NCBI GenBank assembly: GCA_022729235.1 | Contig: JALDAJ010000001.1 | Location: 416,001-480,000, forward strand | From: Candidatus Nanohalarchaeota archaeon | GTDB taxonomy: Archaea > Nanohalarchaeota > Nanosalinia > Nanosalinales > Nanosalinaceae | Direction: 5' to 3' | DNA length: 64,000 nt | Shown: positions 39,973 through 49,149 of the stretch, piece by piece | Layout: each line of letters begins with the position of its first letter | Position numbering within the stretch: position 1 is the first letter of the stretch | Notes under the pieces: generated by a model | What the model was told of the DNA's origin: nothing | The model's database searches: none | What the model saw: only the letters and a program-made list of their open reading frames with translations | Made by a program: the position numbers and the translations under genes

Positions 39973-41070
39973 ATGATTCGAGAGAGAGTGAAAGACATCC
40001 AGCTATCGATAAGAAAGATATCGAAAAAGGCGGAAGAGCAGGAGGACTGTATCCGTTTAGATATCGGACAGCCAAGCTTTGACACCCCGGAACACGTCAA
40101 AAAAGTTGCGAGGGAGGAGATGGACCGGTTCCAGGGTTACACCGCGGACAGAGGGATAGACGAACTGCGGGACGCTGTCGCCAGAGAGGAATCGGGGAAG
40201 AAAGGCATTGAGGCAGAACAGGAGAACATAATGATATCTGCCGGCGGGATGGAGGCGCTTTACTCCGTGTTCGCAACGGTTCTAGATCCGGAAGATAAGG
40301 CGGTCTTCAACGACCCGTGCTGGGGTCCCTACAAACTGATATCGGAAGTAAACGGGAACCGGTGGAGCCAGGTAGACTTCTTTGAAAACGGTGAGCTTAC
40401 GGATGAGGCCAGGAAGGAGATACGGGACGCGGAGCTGGTGCTCGTGAACACGCCTAACAACCCTACTGGGAAAGTACTGGAAAAGGAAGAGGCGAAGGAA
40501 ATCGCCGAGGTCGCAGAGGATAGCGATACTTTACTGGTCTCGGACGAGGTGTACCACCGACTGACTTACGGAGAGGAACACGTTTCTCCCGCCCGTTTTA
40601 CGGATGAATCTGTTATCATCGGGTCGATGTCGAAAAACCATGCGATGACCGGCTGGAGGGTCGGATGGGTGAACTCGTCACCGGACTATGTCGATAACTT
40701 CTCCAAGGCTTCCCGTGGAATGGTCGCGTGCCCGCCTGCTATAAGCCAGTTCGCGGCGGTCGAGGCGTTGAAAAACGACTCACACGTTGAAAAGATGAGA
40801 GGCGAGTACGGGGAGAGGCGCGACATATTAGTGCAAAAGATGAACGAACTCGGCTGGGAATTCGTCGAGCCTGAAGGAGCCATCTATGCCTTCCCGGACA
40901 TCGGCAGAGACTCCTGGGATTTCGCCCTGGAGATGGTGGAAAAAGGAGTTTCCATAGTCCCGGGTGAGCCTTTTGGACCTGGAAGCGATGAAAATGTCCG
41001 GATATGCTTCGGATCTGTCGAACAGCGCGATATAGAGAAGGCGTTTGACGTGCTTGAGGACGAGGTCTAG
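39973..41070 (+). CDS. PLP-dependent class I/II aminotransferase
   Basis: GQP.F, NNPTG, DEVY, SK..AMTGWRVG. Confidence 0.93.
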   Translation: MIRERVKDIQLSIRKISKKAEEQEDCIRLDIGQPSFDTPEHVKKVAREEMDRFQGYTADRGIDELRDAVAREESGKKGIEAEQENIMISAGGMEALYSVFATVLDPEDKAVFNDPCWGPYKLISEVNGNRWSQVDFFENGELTDEARKEIRDAELVLVNTPNNPTGKVLEKEEAKEIAEVAEDSDTLLVSDEVYHRLTYGEEHVSPARFTDESVIIGSMSKNHAMTGWRVGWVNSSPDYVDNFSKASRGMVACPPAISQFAAVEALKNDSHVEKMRGEYGERRDILVQKMNELGWEFVEPEGAIYAFPDIGRDSWDFALEMVEKGVSIVPGEPFGPGSDENVRICFGSVEQRDIEKAFDVLEDEV

Positions 41071-41108
41071 CGAATCCTTTATAAACTTCTTTTTATTAGT
41101 AGTCCAAC

Positions 41109-41304
41109 ATGCGCCGGATAACAACCTTTACGGGTATGCGGAAGGGTGGACGCTTTATCTCAACTAAAGGTGGACGCGTTCTGCAGCTCGACCTCCAGTA
41201 AAGCTAGTTCTGGCGCGGTTTCTGAACTCGACTTTTCTGAAGTAGCTCCAGCTACGCCATCATACATTATTATCCTGTTTATTATCCTGCTGTTCCTGCT
41301 GTAA
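41109..41304 (+). other. Small TM-peptide gene split by one base (30-aa ORF 41109-41201 plus 52-aa GTG ORF 41146-41304)
   Basis: TTTATAAA 23 nt upstream of ATG; removing one T from ACCTTTAC joins the frames into a 64-aa peptide ending YIIILFIILLFLL. Confidence 0.45.
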
Positions 41305-41441
41305 AAGGCGGAGCAGTGGTTCTCGCTTTTTGTCTCAAATTCTAGGGTGAACCACTCTATGACAAAACACAAACACAACACAACTACGCATTACCGCACC
41401 AAAAAACCTGAAAACACGGAAACAGATGCAGGAGAGCAACG

Positions 41442-41729
41442 ATGGTAGAACCAGATCACGATCCGAAGAGGGCGGGTCCCAGCCCCTCTGATTTAGGGTA
41501 CGAACCTGAAACCGCATCCGGACCTGTTTACCAGAACAGCGATGTAAGGAGCGAGCCGAGCCCCGCTTATGACAAAGTAATTTTCAGTTCTGGAGAAGAA
41601 GTAGGATCCTATCCCGAGGGGTCCTACCAGACATGGTCTCCGAGAGAAAAGGCAGAGTTTGATGTAGAAGACGCCCAAGCAGTGGGGCACTTCTTCTCGG
41701 AACAGACTCCTGGAGCCGCGGCTGACTAG
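41442..41729 (+). CDS. Acidic orphan protein
   Basis: GGAG RBS; acidic and Pro/Ser-rich. Confidence 0.65.
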   Translation: MVEPDHDPKRAGPSPSDLGYEPETASGPVYQNSDVRSEPSPAYDKVIFSSGEEVGSYPEGSYQTWSPREKAEFDVEDAQAVGHFFSEQTPGAAAD

Positions 41730-41741
41730 GAGGTGAAATAG

Positions 41742-42071
41742 GTGAACCAAGACAACAGAGTTCAGGGTGTATGGGAGTCCGGAAACAGTGCAGAAGTAGC
41801 CGTCGCAGAAGGATACACGGTTGGAGAGCTACACTCCGAGGCAAGCAGTTCGGAGTACGATGTCGTACCCAGAACTGATAGGTACGGAAACCTGGTGCTG
41901 GACGGATCGGATAAAGAGGTCAAAGGGTTTGTTGAGGATGTATTGGGCGACCAGGGCTCCGTGCTGGATTCGGAAGTAGCAGCTGACGGCGGTAGAAAGA
42001 GGCCTGACCCGGCGCGGAGCGATCCGCGTTACGACGTGGAGACACGGGAGCCGTACACCGGTGCGGACTAA
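41742..42071 (+). CDS. Acidic orphan protein with AADGG motif
   Basis: GGAGGTGA RBS, GTG start. Confidence 0.7.
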   Translation: MNQDNRVQGVWESGNSAEVAVAEGYTVGELHSEASSSEYDVVPRTDRYGNLVLDGSDKEVKGFVEDVLGDQGSVLDSEVAADGGRKRPDPARSDPRYDVETREPYTGAD

Positions 42072-44105
42072 CTACCAGTCGTCCTTGGTAGGGCAGTCAG
42101 GATCGATGCACATGTCGTAAGGCTTCCGCCCTTTCCTTATCACTTTTATTCTCGGCGTGTGGCATTCCTCGCATTCCTCGTCCAGGGACTCGATTTTCCC
42201 GTTCCGTGGTAGCGGATACGTGTTCTCGCAGTCAGGATAGTTGGAACAGCCGACGAAACGTCCGTTGTCAGTCTTTACTATCCTTAGAGTCCCGTCATCG
42301 CACTGGTCGCAAGGACCTAGCTGGCGCCGTCTTTCTCTTTCTGAGTCGATGGTCTCGACCAGTTCGGCGCCTATCTCTTTTTCTTCTTCCTTGAACTTGG
42401 CGAGCACCTCTCCAAGTTCGTCCCTGGCTTCTTCTATGACCTCTTCCGATGTCTCTTCCTCATCTCTTATCGACTCCATTTTCTCTTCGAACTCCCGTGT
42501 CAGTTCTTCTGAGAGGAGTTCGGGGCAGCGTTCCTCTAGGGTTTCTACTATTGCGAGCCCAAGTTCTGTAACCTCTATAGGGTTGTTGTCGATGTAGTTA
42601 CGGGAGTAAAGCCGGTCAACAGTGGCTGCACGCGTCGCCTTGGTTCCCAGGTTGCGTTTCTCCAGTTCGTTGACTATCGAGGACTGTGAGTATCTTCGGG
42701 GTGGCTGGGTCTCTTTCTCCATCAGCTCGAACTCTTCCACATCCAAAACTTGCCCGGTCTCCATCTCTGGCAGTTCCGCCTCCTCCACGTTGACGTACGG
42801 CTCGTAGAGGTCGAACCAGTTCCTCTCCAGCGTGATCTTTGATTTTGCTTTGAACTCGTGCCCGTTAACTTCCAGCGTGAACGTAAGTGTGCGCCTTTTC
42901 GCCGAGTCACCAAAGACTGCGAAGAACCGCTTGACTATAAGGTCGTATACCTGTCTCTGCTGTTTGGAAAGCGAGGAAGGGTGTTCACCTGTCGGGTAGA
43001 TAGCAGGGTGTGCGTCGTCTTTCTTCTTGCCCTGCCGCGGGTATATCTCGTCTTTATCAAGTACTTTTTCAGCGAGTTCCTCGTAGTCGTCCTGTTTCTT
43101 GAGCTTGCCGAGAAGTTTCTCGTAACCGAGTTTGGCAGGCAGTTTCTGTGACTCTGTCCTTGGATAGGATATCAGTCCCTGCTCGTAGAGTTCCTGGGCG
43201 AGGCTCTGGGTCTTCTTCGGCGAGATATTGAACTGTGAGGACGCCTCGCTCTGGAGCCCTGTCAGGTTGAAAGGTATAGGCGTTCCGTGCTTGTAGTCGT
43301 TCTTCTTGATGTTCGTGACCGCTGCAGTCTTTTCCCCTTCAACCTCTGCAAATACCTGTTCTGCGCGCGCCTCGTTCCATATACGGTCCTCCTCGTCCTC
43401 CCACTGCGCATCAAATTCACTGTGTCTCAGGTAAACCTCCCAGTAAGGGTCGGGCTCGAACTCCTGTATCGCACGCTCCTTGTCCGCCAGGACTTTTAGT
43501 GTCGGACCCTGCACGCGCCCGGTTGACAGGGTCTTGTATCGGTTGTTCTCCCTGACCGCCTGCATTAATGCCCTTGAAACGTTAATACCGTAGTAGAAGT
43601 CCAGCACGTGTCTTGTGAGCCCTGCCTGGGTCATCCCTTCGTCAAATGATTCCAGGTCGTCAAATGCATCCTGGAGATCGCCAGTTGTGAGAGTCGAGAA
43701 CTTCATCCTCTGGATACGTTCCTCGGGAGGGTCTGCGATGTGATGGATGACGTTGTAGCCTATGACCGATCCTTCAAGGTCGAAGTCGCACGCGTTGATG
43801 TAGCTGTCCGCCTTTTCTATCTGGTCTTTCAGGTTGTTGTAGTACTTCTTCACGTAGCCTGCGTCATCTGAGGTCTTGAATATAGGCGCCCATTCGACGT
43901 CGAAGACAGGGTACGTCCAGCCTTCGCTTGACTGCTCCAGGTTGAAGACGTGACCGACCGCGGGCGCGATGATTATCCTGCGTTCATCAGTCTCTATAAC
44001 ATAGTTCTTTACGCCACGGTTCTCCTTGATAGAATAGTCTCCCAGCGCCTGCGCTATTCTTGACGCGACCTTCGGCTTTTCACCAACCATCACCGTGGTT
44101 TCCAT
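42072..44105 (-). CDS. topA: DNA topoisomerase IA
   Basis: EKP, D.D.EG, GRVQ, SYPRT catalytic Tyr, C-terminal zinc ribbons. Confidence 0.96.
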   Translation of the reverse strand: METTVMVGEKPKVASRIAQALGDYSIKENRGVKNYVIETDERRIIIAPAVGHVFNLEQSSEGWTYPVFDVEWAPIFKTSDDAGYVKKYYNNLKDQIEKADSYINACDFDLEGSVIGYNVIHHIADPPEERIQRMKFSTLTTGDLQDAFDDLESFDEGMTQAGLTRHVLDFYYGINVSRALMQAVRENNRYKTLSTGRVQGPTLKVLADKERAIQEFEPDPYWEVYLRHSEFDAQWEDEEDRIWNEARAEQVFAEVEGEKTAAVTNIKKNDYKHGTPIPFNLTGLQSEASSQFNISPKKTQSLAQELYEQGLISYPRTESQKLPAKLGYEKLLGKLKKQDDYEELAEKVLDKDEIYPRQGKKKDDAHPAIYPTGEHPSSLSKQQRQVYDLIVKRFFAVFGDSAKRRTLTFTLEVNGHEFKAKSKITLERNWFDLYEPYVNVEEAELPEMETGQVLDVEEFELMEKETQPPRRYSQSSIVNELEKRNLGTKATRAATVDRLYSRNYIDNNPIEVTELGLAIVETLEERCPELLSEELTREFEEKMESIRDEEETSEEVIEEARDELGEVLAKFKEEEKEIGAELVETIDSERERRRQLGPCDQCDDGTLRIVKTDNGRFVGCSNYPDCENTYPLPRNGKIESLDEECEECHTPRIKVIRKGRKPYDMCIDPDCPTKDDW

Positions 44106-44213
44106 ATCCTTGACACTTGAGACCAAAGCTTAAAGATACTTCAGAGAACTCTCCTGTTTTACTACCTCCTGGTTACCAGAACCTTTATAAGCGCCGTTTA
44201 TAAGTGAAAAAGT

Positions 44214-44339
44214 ATGCAGTCGTCCACAACCTTACAGGACGCAGAAACTTCTGAAGCTTCAGGTACTGCGACTGCTGCTATATGGAGATACGCATTTATC
44301 CTGATTATTCTGCTAGCGGTATTTGTGCCGCTTCACTAG
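44214..44339 (+). CDS. Leaderless 41-aa single-TM small protein
   Basis: TTTATAA 23 nt upstream of ATG; MQSSTTLQDAETSEASGTATAAIWRYAFILIILLAVFVPLH*. Confidence 0.55.
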   Translation: MQSSTTLQDAETSEASGTATAAIWRYAFILIILLAVFVPLH

Positions 44340-44504
44340 TGCCTTTTTGCTTTTTCCAACTGGGGTGGCACAAACTGACGCGAGCTAAACAAGACCAAAA
44401 ACTGCGCTGTACTGCGTTTTTCTGTTCGTCTCCTGATTACAGGAGAACTACTGGTTTTTCATCAAAATCTGTAAATCAAACAAACAGAAAGGAGGTGAGA
44501 ACAA

Positions 44505-44699
44505 ATGGTAGGAAGAAATCCGAAGTATATACCTACAGTTCAGGAAAAGGATGACGAGTACGCCGACGCTGTAGAAGAAAGAGTTTACGAGCAATTCAAG
44601 AGACATCAGGAGGAAACCGATGAACGCTTCGACGTAGAAGCCGCGCTCGAAAGAGGAAGAGCAAACTCTGGAGTAGGAAGTACACATTTCGATTTTTAA
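44505..44699 (+). CDS. Small acidic orphan protein
   Basis: GGAGGTGA RBS; T-tracts follow the stop. Confidence 0.7.
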   Translation: MVGRNPKYIPTVQEKDDEYADAVEERVYEQFKRHQEETDERFDVEAALERGRANSGVGSTHFDF

Positions 44700-44771
44700 C
44701 AGCCAGGTACTCTTTTCCCACATATTTTTCTTTATTCTCTATAAAAAGAAAAGAGAAGTAGGGAGAACTGT

Positions 44772-45023
44772 CTAGGCAGCGGTCCTGTAGCCTCCGCTTA
44801 GTGCTCCTGCCAGGATGGATGCCGTGACGATAAGTGCGGCGGAAAGCACCACGAAGTCACCGCTCGGTGCGGCGGCTCCTGTGAACCCTGCCAGCCTGCT
44901 TCCCCAGTCAACCACGAAGACGGTGATGAAGAAGGAGATGATTCCCAGCAGGATGAGTACCACAAAGGCTACTGCGTTTTCTACAAGGTCGTTTAGGATT
45001 CTTGCGACGCTCATGGTTATCAC
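44772..45023 (-). CDS. Small two-TM membrane protein
   Basis: Two hydrophobic helices. Confidence 0.7.
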   Translation of the reverse strand: MITMSVARILNDLVENAVAFVVLILLGIISFFITVFVVDWGSRLAGFTGAAAPSGDFVVLSAALIVTASILAGALSGGYRTAA

Positions 45024-45089
45024 ACGCCAGGTAAATACTGCTCAGCCGTTATCAGTATTTGGATTGTTTAGTTTTCGGGAAACACAGAC

Positions 45090-46112
45090 TCAGATGTAGT
45101 CAGGCTTCTCGTGACCTATCTCTACTAGAGGGTCGAGCAGTCCTGGTTCTTCCCTGAAGCGTTCCCTGACGGGTTCGAACCTTTCAACCACGTCTTCCGC
45201 GACCGCGTTCTTCAGGTCCTGCGGGTGCAGGTCCTCTGACACGAAGTCTTCCTCCAGCTCTCCGTACTCGCTGTACTGGACGTCTCCGCCGTATTCTTCT
45301 GGTCTCTCAATTTCAAGGGCGCGGTCTGCGCCGAAAATGAAGTACTTCGCGATCTCAAGCACAGGGTTGTCCTCCGCCTCACCCTGCGGGCAGTAACCGC
45401 CCTGTATCACATCACGTATGTGCGAGGGATCGGCGTGCAGTGGGAACATGGTCTCTTTCTTGGACGACGACATCTTGTCGCCTGTCCCGCTTAGAGAGGC
45501 AAGCATCGGCCAGTGGAGACAGGTTGGTTTCCGGTGACCGAGCTTCGGCAGTTTCTCGCGGGCAAGCATGTGGATCTTTCTCTGGTCGATACCCGCGACC
45601 GCGAGGTCCAGGTCGAGGTATTCTATATCCAGCGCCTGCATCAAAGGGTAAATTATCTGGGAGATGTAAGGGTTGTCCTTGTCGCGGGCGACTTCCGCCA
45701 TCGACCTTGTTCCACGGTTGATAGTAGTTTCTTTAGCCATCTCCAGGATGTCGTGGAAGTACTCGGTCTTCTCCTGGAAACTTCTTCCTCGGGTGTACTC
45801 TGCATCCAGCCCCAGCGCTTCAAACGTCGCCTGCCAGTAGTCCATCATCGCCTCTATCCATTCCTCCCCGCCTTTCTTGTTGAGGTATGTGTGCAGGTCC
45901 GCCCAGAGGATGACCGGCTGGAAACCCGCTTTCTGCAGGTCGAGCATCTTCCTGACGGATATCCAGTGCCCGAGGTGTACAGGACCCGAGGTCTCGTACC
46001 CGACGTAGCACCTGGGCGTATCTTTTTCTTCAAGTATTTCATCCAGTTCTTCTTCCTGAACTATCTCCTCTGTGTTGCGCAGAACCAGCTCTTTACGTTC
46101 CTCGGTGTCCAT
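45090..46112 (-). CDS. tyrS: Tyrosine-tRNA ligase (archaeal)
   Basis: HLGH, YPLMQ.LD, DQRK.H, KMSSS. Confidence 0.96.
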   Translation of the reverse strand: MDTEERKELVLRNTEEIVQEEELDEILEEKDTPRCYVGYETSGPVHLGHWISVRKMLDLQKAGFQPVILWADLHTYLNKKGGEEWIEAMMDYWQATFEALGLDAEYTRGRSFQEKTEYFHDILEMAKETTINRGTRSMAEVARDKDNPYISQIIYPLMQALDIEYLDLDLAVAGIDQRKIHMLAREKLPKLGHRKPTCLHWPMLASLSGTGDKMSSSKKETMFPLHADPSHIRDVIQGGYCPQGEAEDNPVLEIAKYFIFGADRALEIERPEEYGGDVQYSEYGELEEDFVSEDLHPQDLKNAVAEDVVERFEPVRERFREEPGLLDPLVEIGHEKPDYI

Positions 46113-46163
46113 AACAGGTGAGAAGTAGGGTAGAAACGTTAAAACTGTTATTGGGAATCTCTG

Positions 46164-47042
46164 TCAAATCTCGAAGCCGTTAGAGATCAAGTTCTGGAGT
46201 CCTTCTATCCACTCCTCAAAACTGTCCCTCTTCTCATTTCTGTAGTTCCAATCGCCTGCTTTCGCACTCTGAATCACGGCCATTGCTCTGTAGCTTAAAG
46301 GCAGGTCCTTGAACTTCTCGTAATTTCTGTCTGATTCCTGACTGTATCCTCTGAGAAATGCTTCCGCTCTATCTCTGTCGCCGTCAGCTAAGCCTAGTGT
46401 TGCGTATGCGAGATCAAAGCGGAAGTCGCCTAGACGGGAGTCATCGAAGTCTATTGCTTTCACTTCTTCATTTTGAAGTATCAGGTTGTCTGGAGTGTAG
46501 TCGAGGTGAAGAACTGTGCTTTTAGGTTCTTCTGGTATGTTATTGAAGTCGATATTTTCTGCCGCTTTTTCCATTATTTCTGAGAAATGATTATTTTCCA
46601 CCGTGTCAAGTGAGTCTTCTAGCCATTCCTCTACGAAGTCTCTCCATTTCGAATGCGAACCTTTGAAATTTTGTTCTGGATCTGGTTTGCCGTATCTGGT
46701 GAAGTTAACAGAGTGAAGCTTTGCAAGGGTTCTTCCGGATTCTTCAATCGCTTTCTGGTATCTGTCCTCTCCTTTGAGCTGCGAAAGACACTCTCCTTTC
46801 AATCTCTCGAAAACTGCGTGTAGAGGGCCCTCCCCTTCATATTCAACTGAGGGAACCGGTGCTCCACCTCTCTTAAGTGTATCCATTAGGTAAAGACTTC
46901 TTCGGAAGCTTTCTTCGTATCTAGGAACTTGAAGGATGTAGTCTCCTACTATGAATGTTTCGTTCACTACTCCCTCTTCTACCTCTTCATATTCTACTGA
47001 ATCGGATTCAACCGCTTCAAGTAAGTTTTCAGGTTCAACCAT
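46164..47042 (-). CDS. APH/choline-kinase-like phosphotransferase
   Basis: LA.LH, HLDY.PDN, IDFD, D...DLA. Confidence 0.85.
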   Translation of the reverse strand: MVEPENLLEAVESDSVEYEEVEEGVVNETFIVGDYILQVPRYEESFRRSLYLMDTLKRGGAPVPSVEYEGEGPLHAVFERLKGECLSQLKGEDRYQKAIEESGRTLAKLHSVNFTRYGKPDPEQNFKGSHSKWRDFVEEWLEDSLDTVENNHFSEIMEKAAENIDFNNIPEEPKSTVLHLDYTPDNLILQNEEVKAIDFDDSRLGDFRFDLAYATLGLADGDRDRAEAFLRGYSQESDRNYEKFKDLPLSYRAMAVIQSAKAGDWNYRNEKRDSFEEWIEGLQNLISNGFEI

Positions 47043-47084
47043 ATGATGTTGTTATCGATATATAATAAAAAACTAATGGCAGGG

Positions 47085-48872
47085 TTACCGCGGCATAGGT
47101 TCCACGGGCGTCCTGTACCGGTCGTCCCGCTCCCGGGCGAGCTCAATACTGTCCACTCTGTTGTAGTCGAGATCTTTCTTCACGATGCGATCTCTCTCGA
47201 TGAAGTAAAGATTCTCACCAATGTGGAAAAGCTGGTTCGAGCTTGACTCAACCTCTACGAGCTCGATACCGCTGTCGCTGACCTCCACAAGCGGCGAGCT
47301 GCTACCTCTAACGGGCATCAATGTCTGGTTCTCAACGCCTACAGGATCTCCGAGTCGGTAGTACCTGCCCTCCAGTGTCTCGGAGTGCAGTTCTTCCAGG
47401 TCTGAGTCAAGGACTTTGATGTGCGACTCCAGGACTTCTTCGGCGGAGCGGTCGTCCGCCCGGATTTCAAGCTCCATCTCTTCAGTGACCTCTCCTTGCT
47501 CAATAACGGTCACTCGGTCGCCGTGGATCTGGAAGCTCCGGAGGTTACCTTCCCACTCCTCGACAGTTTCGAGATTCTGGTCAAGCTTCTCCAGCCCTTC
47601 CCGGGTCTCTAGCAGTACGCCGTCTCCAAGGGTCTCGATACTACTTATAATTCCGTCGAAGTCCTCATGGGTCTCCACGACTTCAAAGTCTTCCACGCGG
47701 TGGATGTCTCGTTCGCTTGTCCGGCTGATACCTCTTACCTCGGAGGTCGCTATAACCGAGTCCCCGGCATCTTCGATGTCTCTGATCTGTCCCTCGATTT
47801 CCAGGCTCTCACTCTCGAGTTCACTGTTGAACCTGAGGACGTGACTGGTCTCGTACTCTCTCATATTTCGCTCGTCCCAGTCCTCCATGTCTTGCTCAAG
47901 GGCGTCCATCACTTCTTCTCCTTCTCTCTCGACAAGATTCTCCATCGCTCTCTCGATTTCTATCTGCATACTCCTGTCGGAGATGTCGTAGCCCTTTAGT
48001 TCTTCTATCCTGTTCTTGAGTTCCTGGTCTGCGGTACTGGAGTCCAGGAGCATCTCTGCGACTACTTCTGATTCATCTATCCGGTCGGAGTAGGAAGCAT
48101 ATACCTCGTTAGGGGTCACTTCTATCTCCGTCCTCCAGTCAGCTGTGAACGCTGCTGTCTCCTCTATCTCGCCTGTTTTCGCGTCAACTTTCATTATGTT
48201 GTAGGTGTAGTCCGCGCTGGAGCCAGGATGGTAGTATACGCTGGAGCACGCGACTTCTACTCCTCTCGCGGGTCTTACAGGACACGGGGCTTCACTATCG
48301 ATACGCTCTCTGGTGACGACGGTCAGGGTGTCGCCTGAATATCTCACGGTTTCAAGTCGTGAATCGGTTTCAAGGCTCCATTCTTCTTCAAGACTGTTTT
48401 TGTGGTATGCGGTCACGTTACTGCCTACTGATATCACAAGATCTTCATGAAGCAGTAGTTCGCCGCCGATACTGGACTCGTTGAACTCTAGGTTAAGGTC
48501 GGTATCTACGATGTGGAGATGCTCGGGATAGCGCGAGCTGTAGTAAATGCTTTCGCCGTCTTCCACTACGTATTCCGGCTCAACTACATCGATCTCTTCA
48601 CCTTCAGCCTCGCTTACTGCGTATCTCTCTGATACCTCGGCGCTGAGTTCTTCGGTCTGGATAGTTTCGGTGGCAGAGTCTTGTGCGTAACCGGTGGTAG
48701 AAGAGTCCTCGTCACCTGATTCCAGGTAGCTCCTGAACTCTTCCTCCGACTCGAACGTATCAATATTATCGCCGTCGAATTCAAAGTCTCCGCCAGGGGA
48801 GTATAACAGGGTTAGACCGATAACCGCCACGAATGCGACGGAAAGAGTCGATGCAAGAACTTTTCTGTCCAT
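47085..48872 (-). CDS. Membrane-anchored/secreted beta-propeller-like protein
   Basis: N-terminal TM, F.SEEE...Y, E...V..DG..IY, beta-rich acidic body. Confidence 0.7.
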   Translation of the reverse strand: MDRKVLASTLSVAFVAVIGLTLLYSPGGDFEFDGDNIDTFESEEEFRSYLESGDEDSSTTGYAQDSATETIQTEELSAEVSERYAVSEAEGEEIDVVEPEYVVEDGESIYYSSRYPEHLHIVDTDLNLEFNESSIGGELLLHEDLVISVGSNVTAYHKNSLEEEWSLETDSRLETVRYSGDTLTVVTRERIDSEAPCPVRPARGVEVACSSVYYHPGSSADYTYNIMKVDAKTGEIEETAAFTADWRTEIEVTPNEVYASYSDRIDESEVVAEMLLDSSTADQELKNRIEELKGYDISDRSMQIEIERAMENLVEREGEEVMDALEQDMEDWDERNMREYETSHVLRFNSELESESLEIEGQIRDIEDAGDSVIATSEVRGISRTSERDIHRVEDFEVVETHEDFDGIISSIETLGDGVLLETREGLEKLDQNLETVEEWEGNLRSFQIHGDRVTVIEQGEVTEEMELEIRADDRSAEEVLESHIKVLDSDLEELHSETLEGRYYRLGDPVGVENQTLMPVRGSSSPLVEVSDSGIELVEVESSSNQLFHIGENLYFIERDRIVKKDLDYNRVDSIELARERDDRYRTPVEPMPR

Positions 48873-48981
48873 AACAATAACTTGTGTGTCTCACTTGCTT
48901 TTTAAATCAGGTCAATACGTTCGAGACAGGTCGAACGTAAAATAGCTCTCTAGCCAATCTGACAATAAGTAGTAGAGGCAT

Positions 48982-49122
48982 CTATACTAGAGGGGTATCA
49001 GGACTATTGTCATCATCCCACGGATTATCTGGTCTTTCAGTTTGAAAGCCGAGACCGTTGCTATAATCTATAATCACTGTATCCAGATTTGCGGGGTCTA
49101 GGTCTTCTTCGTAGTCTACCAT
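48982..49122 (-). CDS. Small acidic hypothetical protein (46 aa)
   Basis: MVDYEEDLDPANLDTVIIDYSNGLGFQTERPDNPWDDDNSPDTPLV*; below the track cutoff. Confidence 0.4.
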   Translation of the reverse strand: MVDYEEDLDPANLDTVIIDYSNGLGFQTERPDNPWDDDNSPDTPLV

Positions 49123-49149
49123 AGTATTGTCTCGATAATGTAGTAGGAT

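Noticed and set aside
41359-41448. 29-aa ORF MTKHKHNTTTH...
   Set aside because: Composition is explained by the A/C-rich linker; not called as a gene, though coupling to 41442 cannot be excluded
44282-44554. 90-aa track ORF
   Set aside because: Cys-rich and basic, unlike this proteome; overlaps the better-supported 44214-44339 and 44505-44699 ORFs
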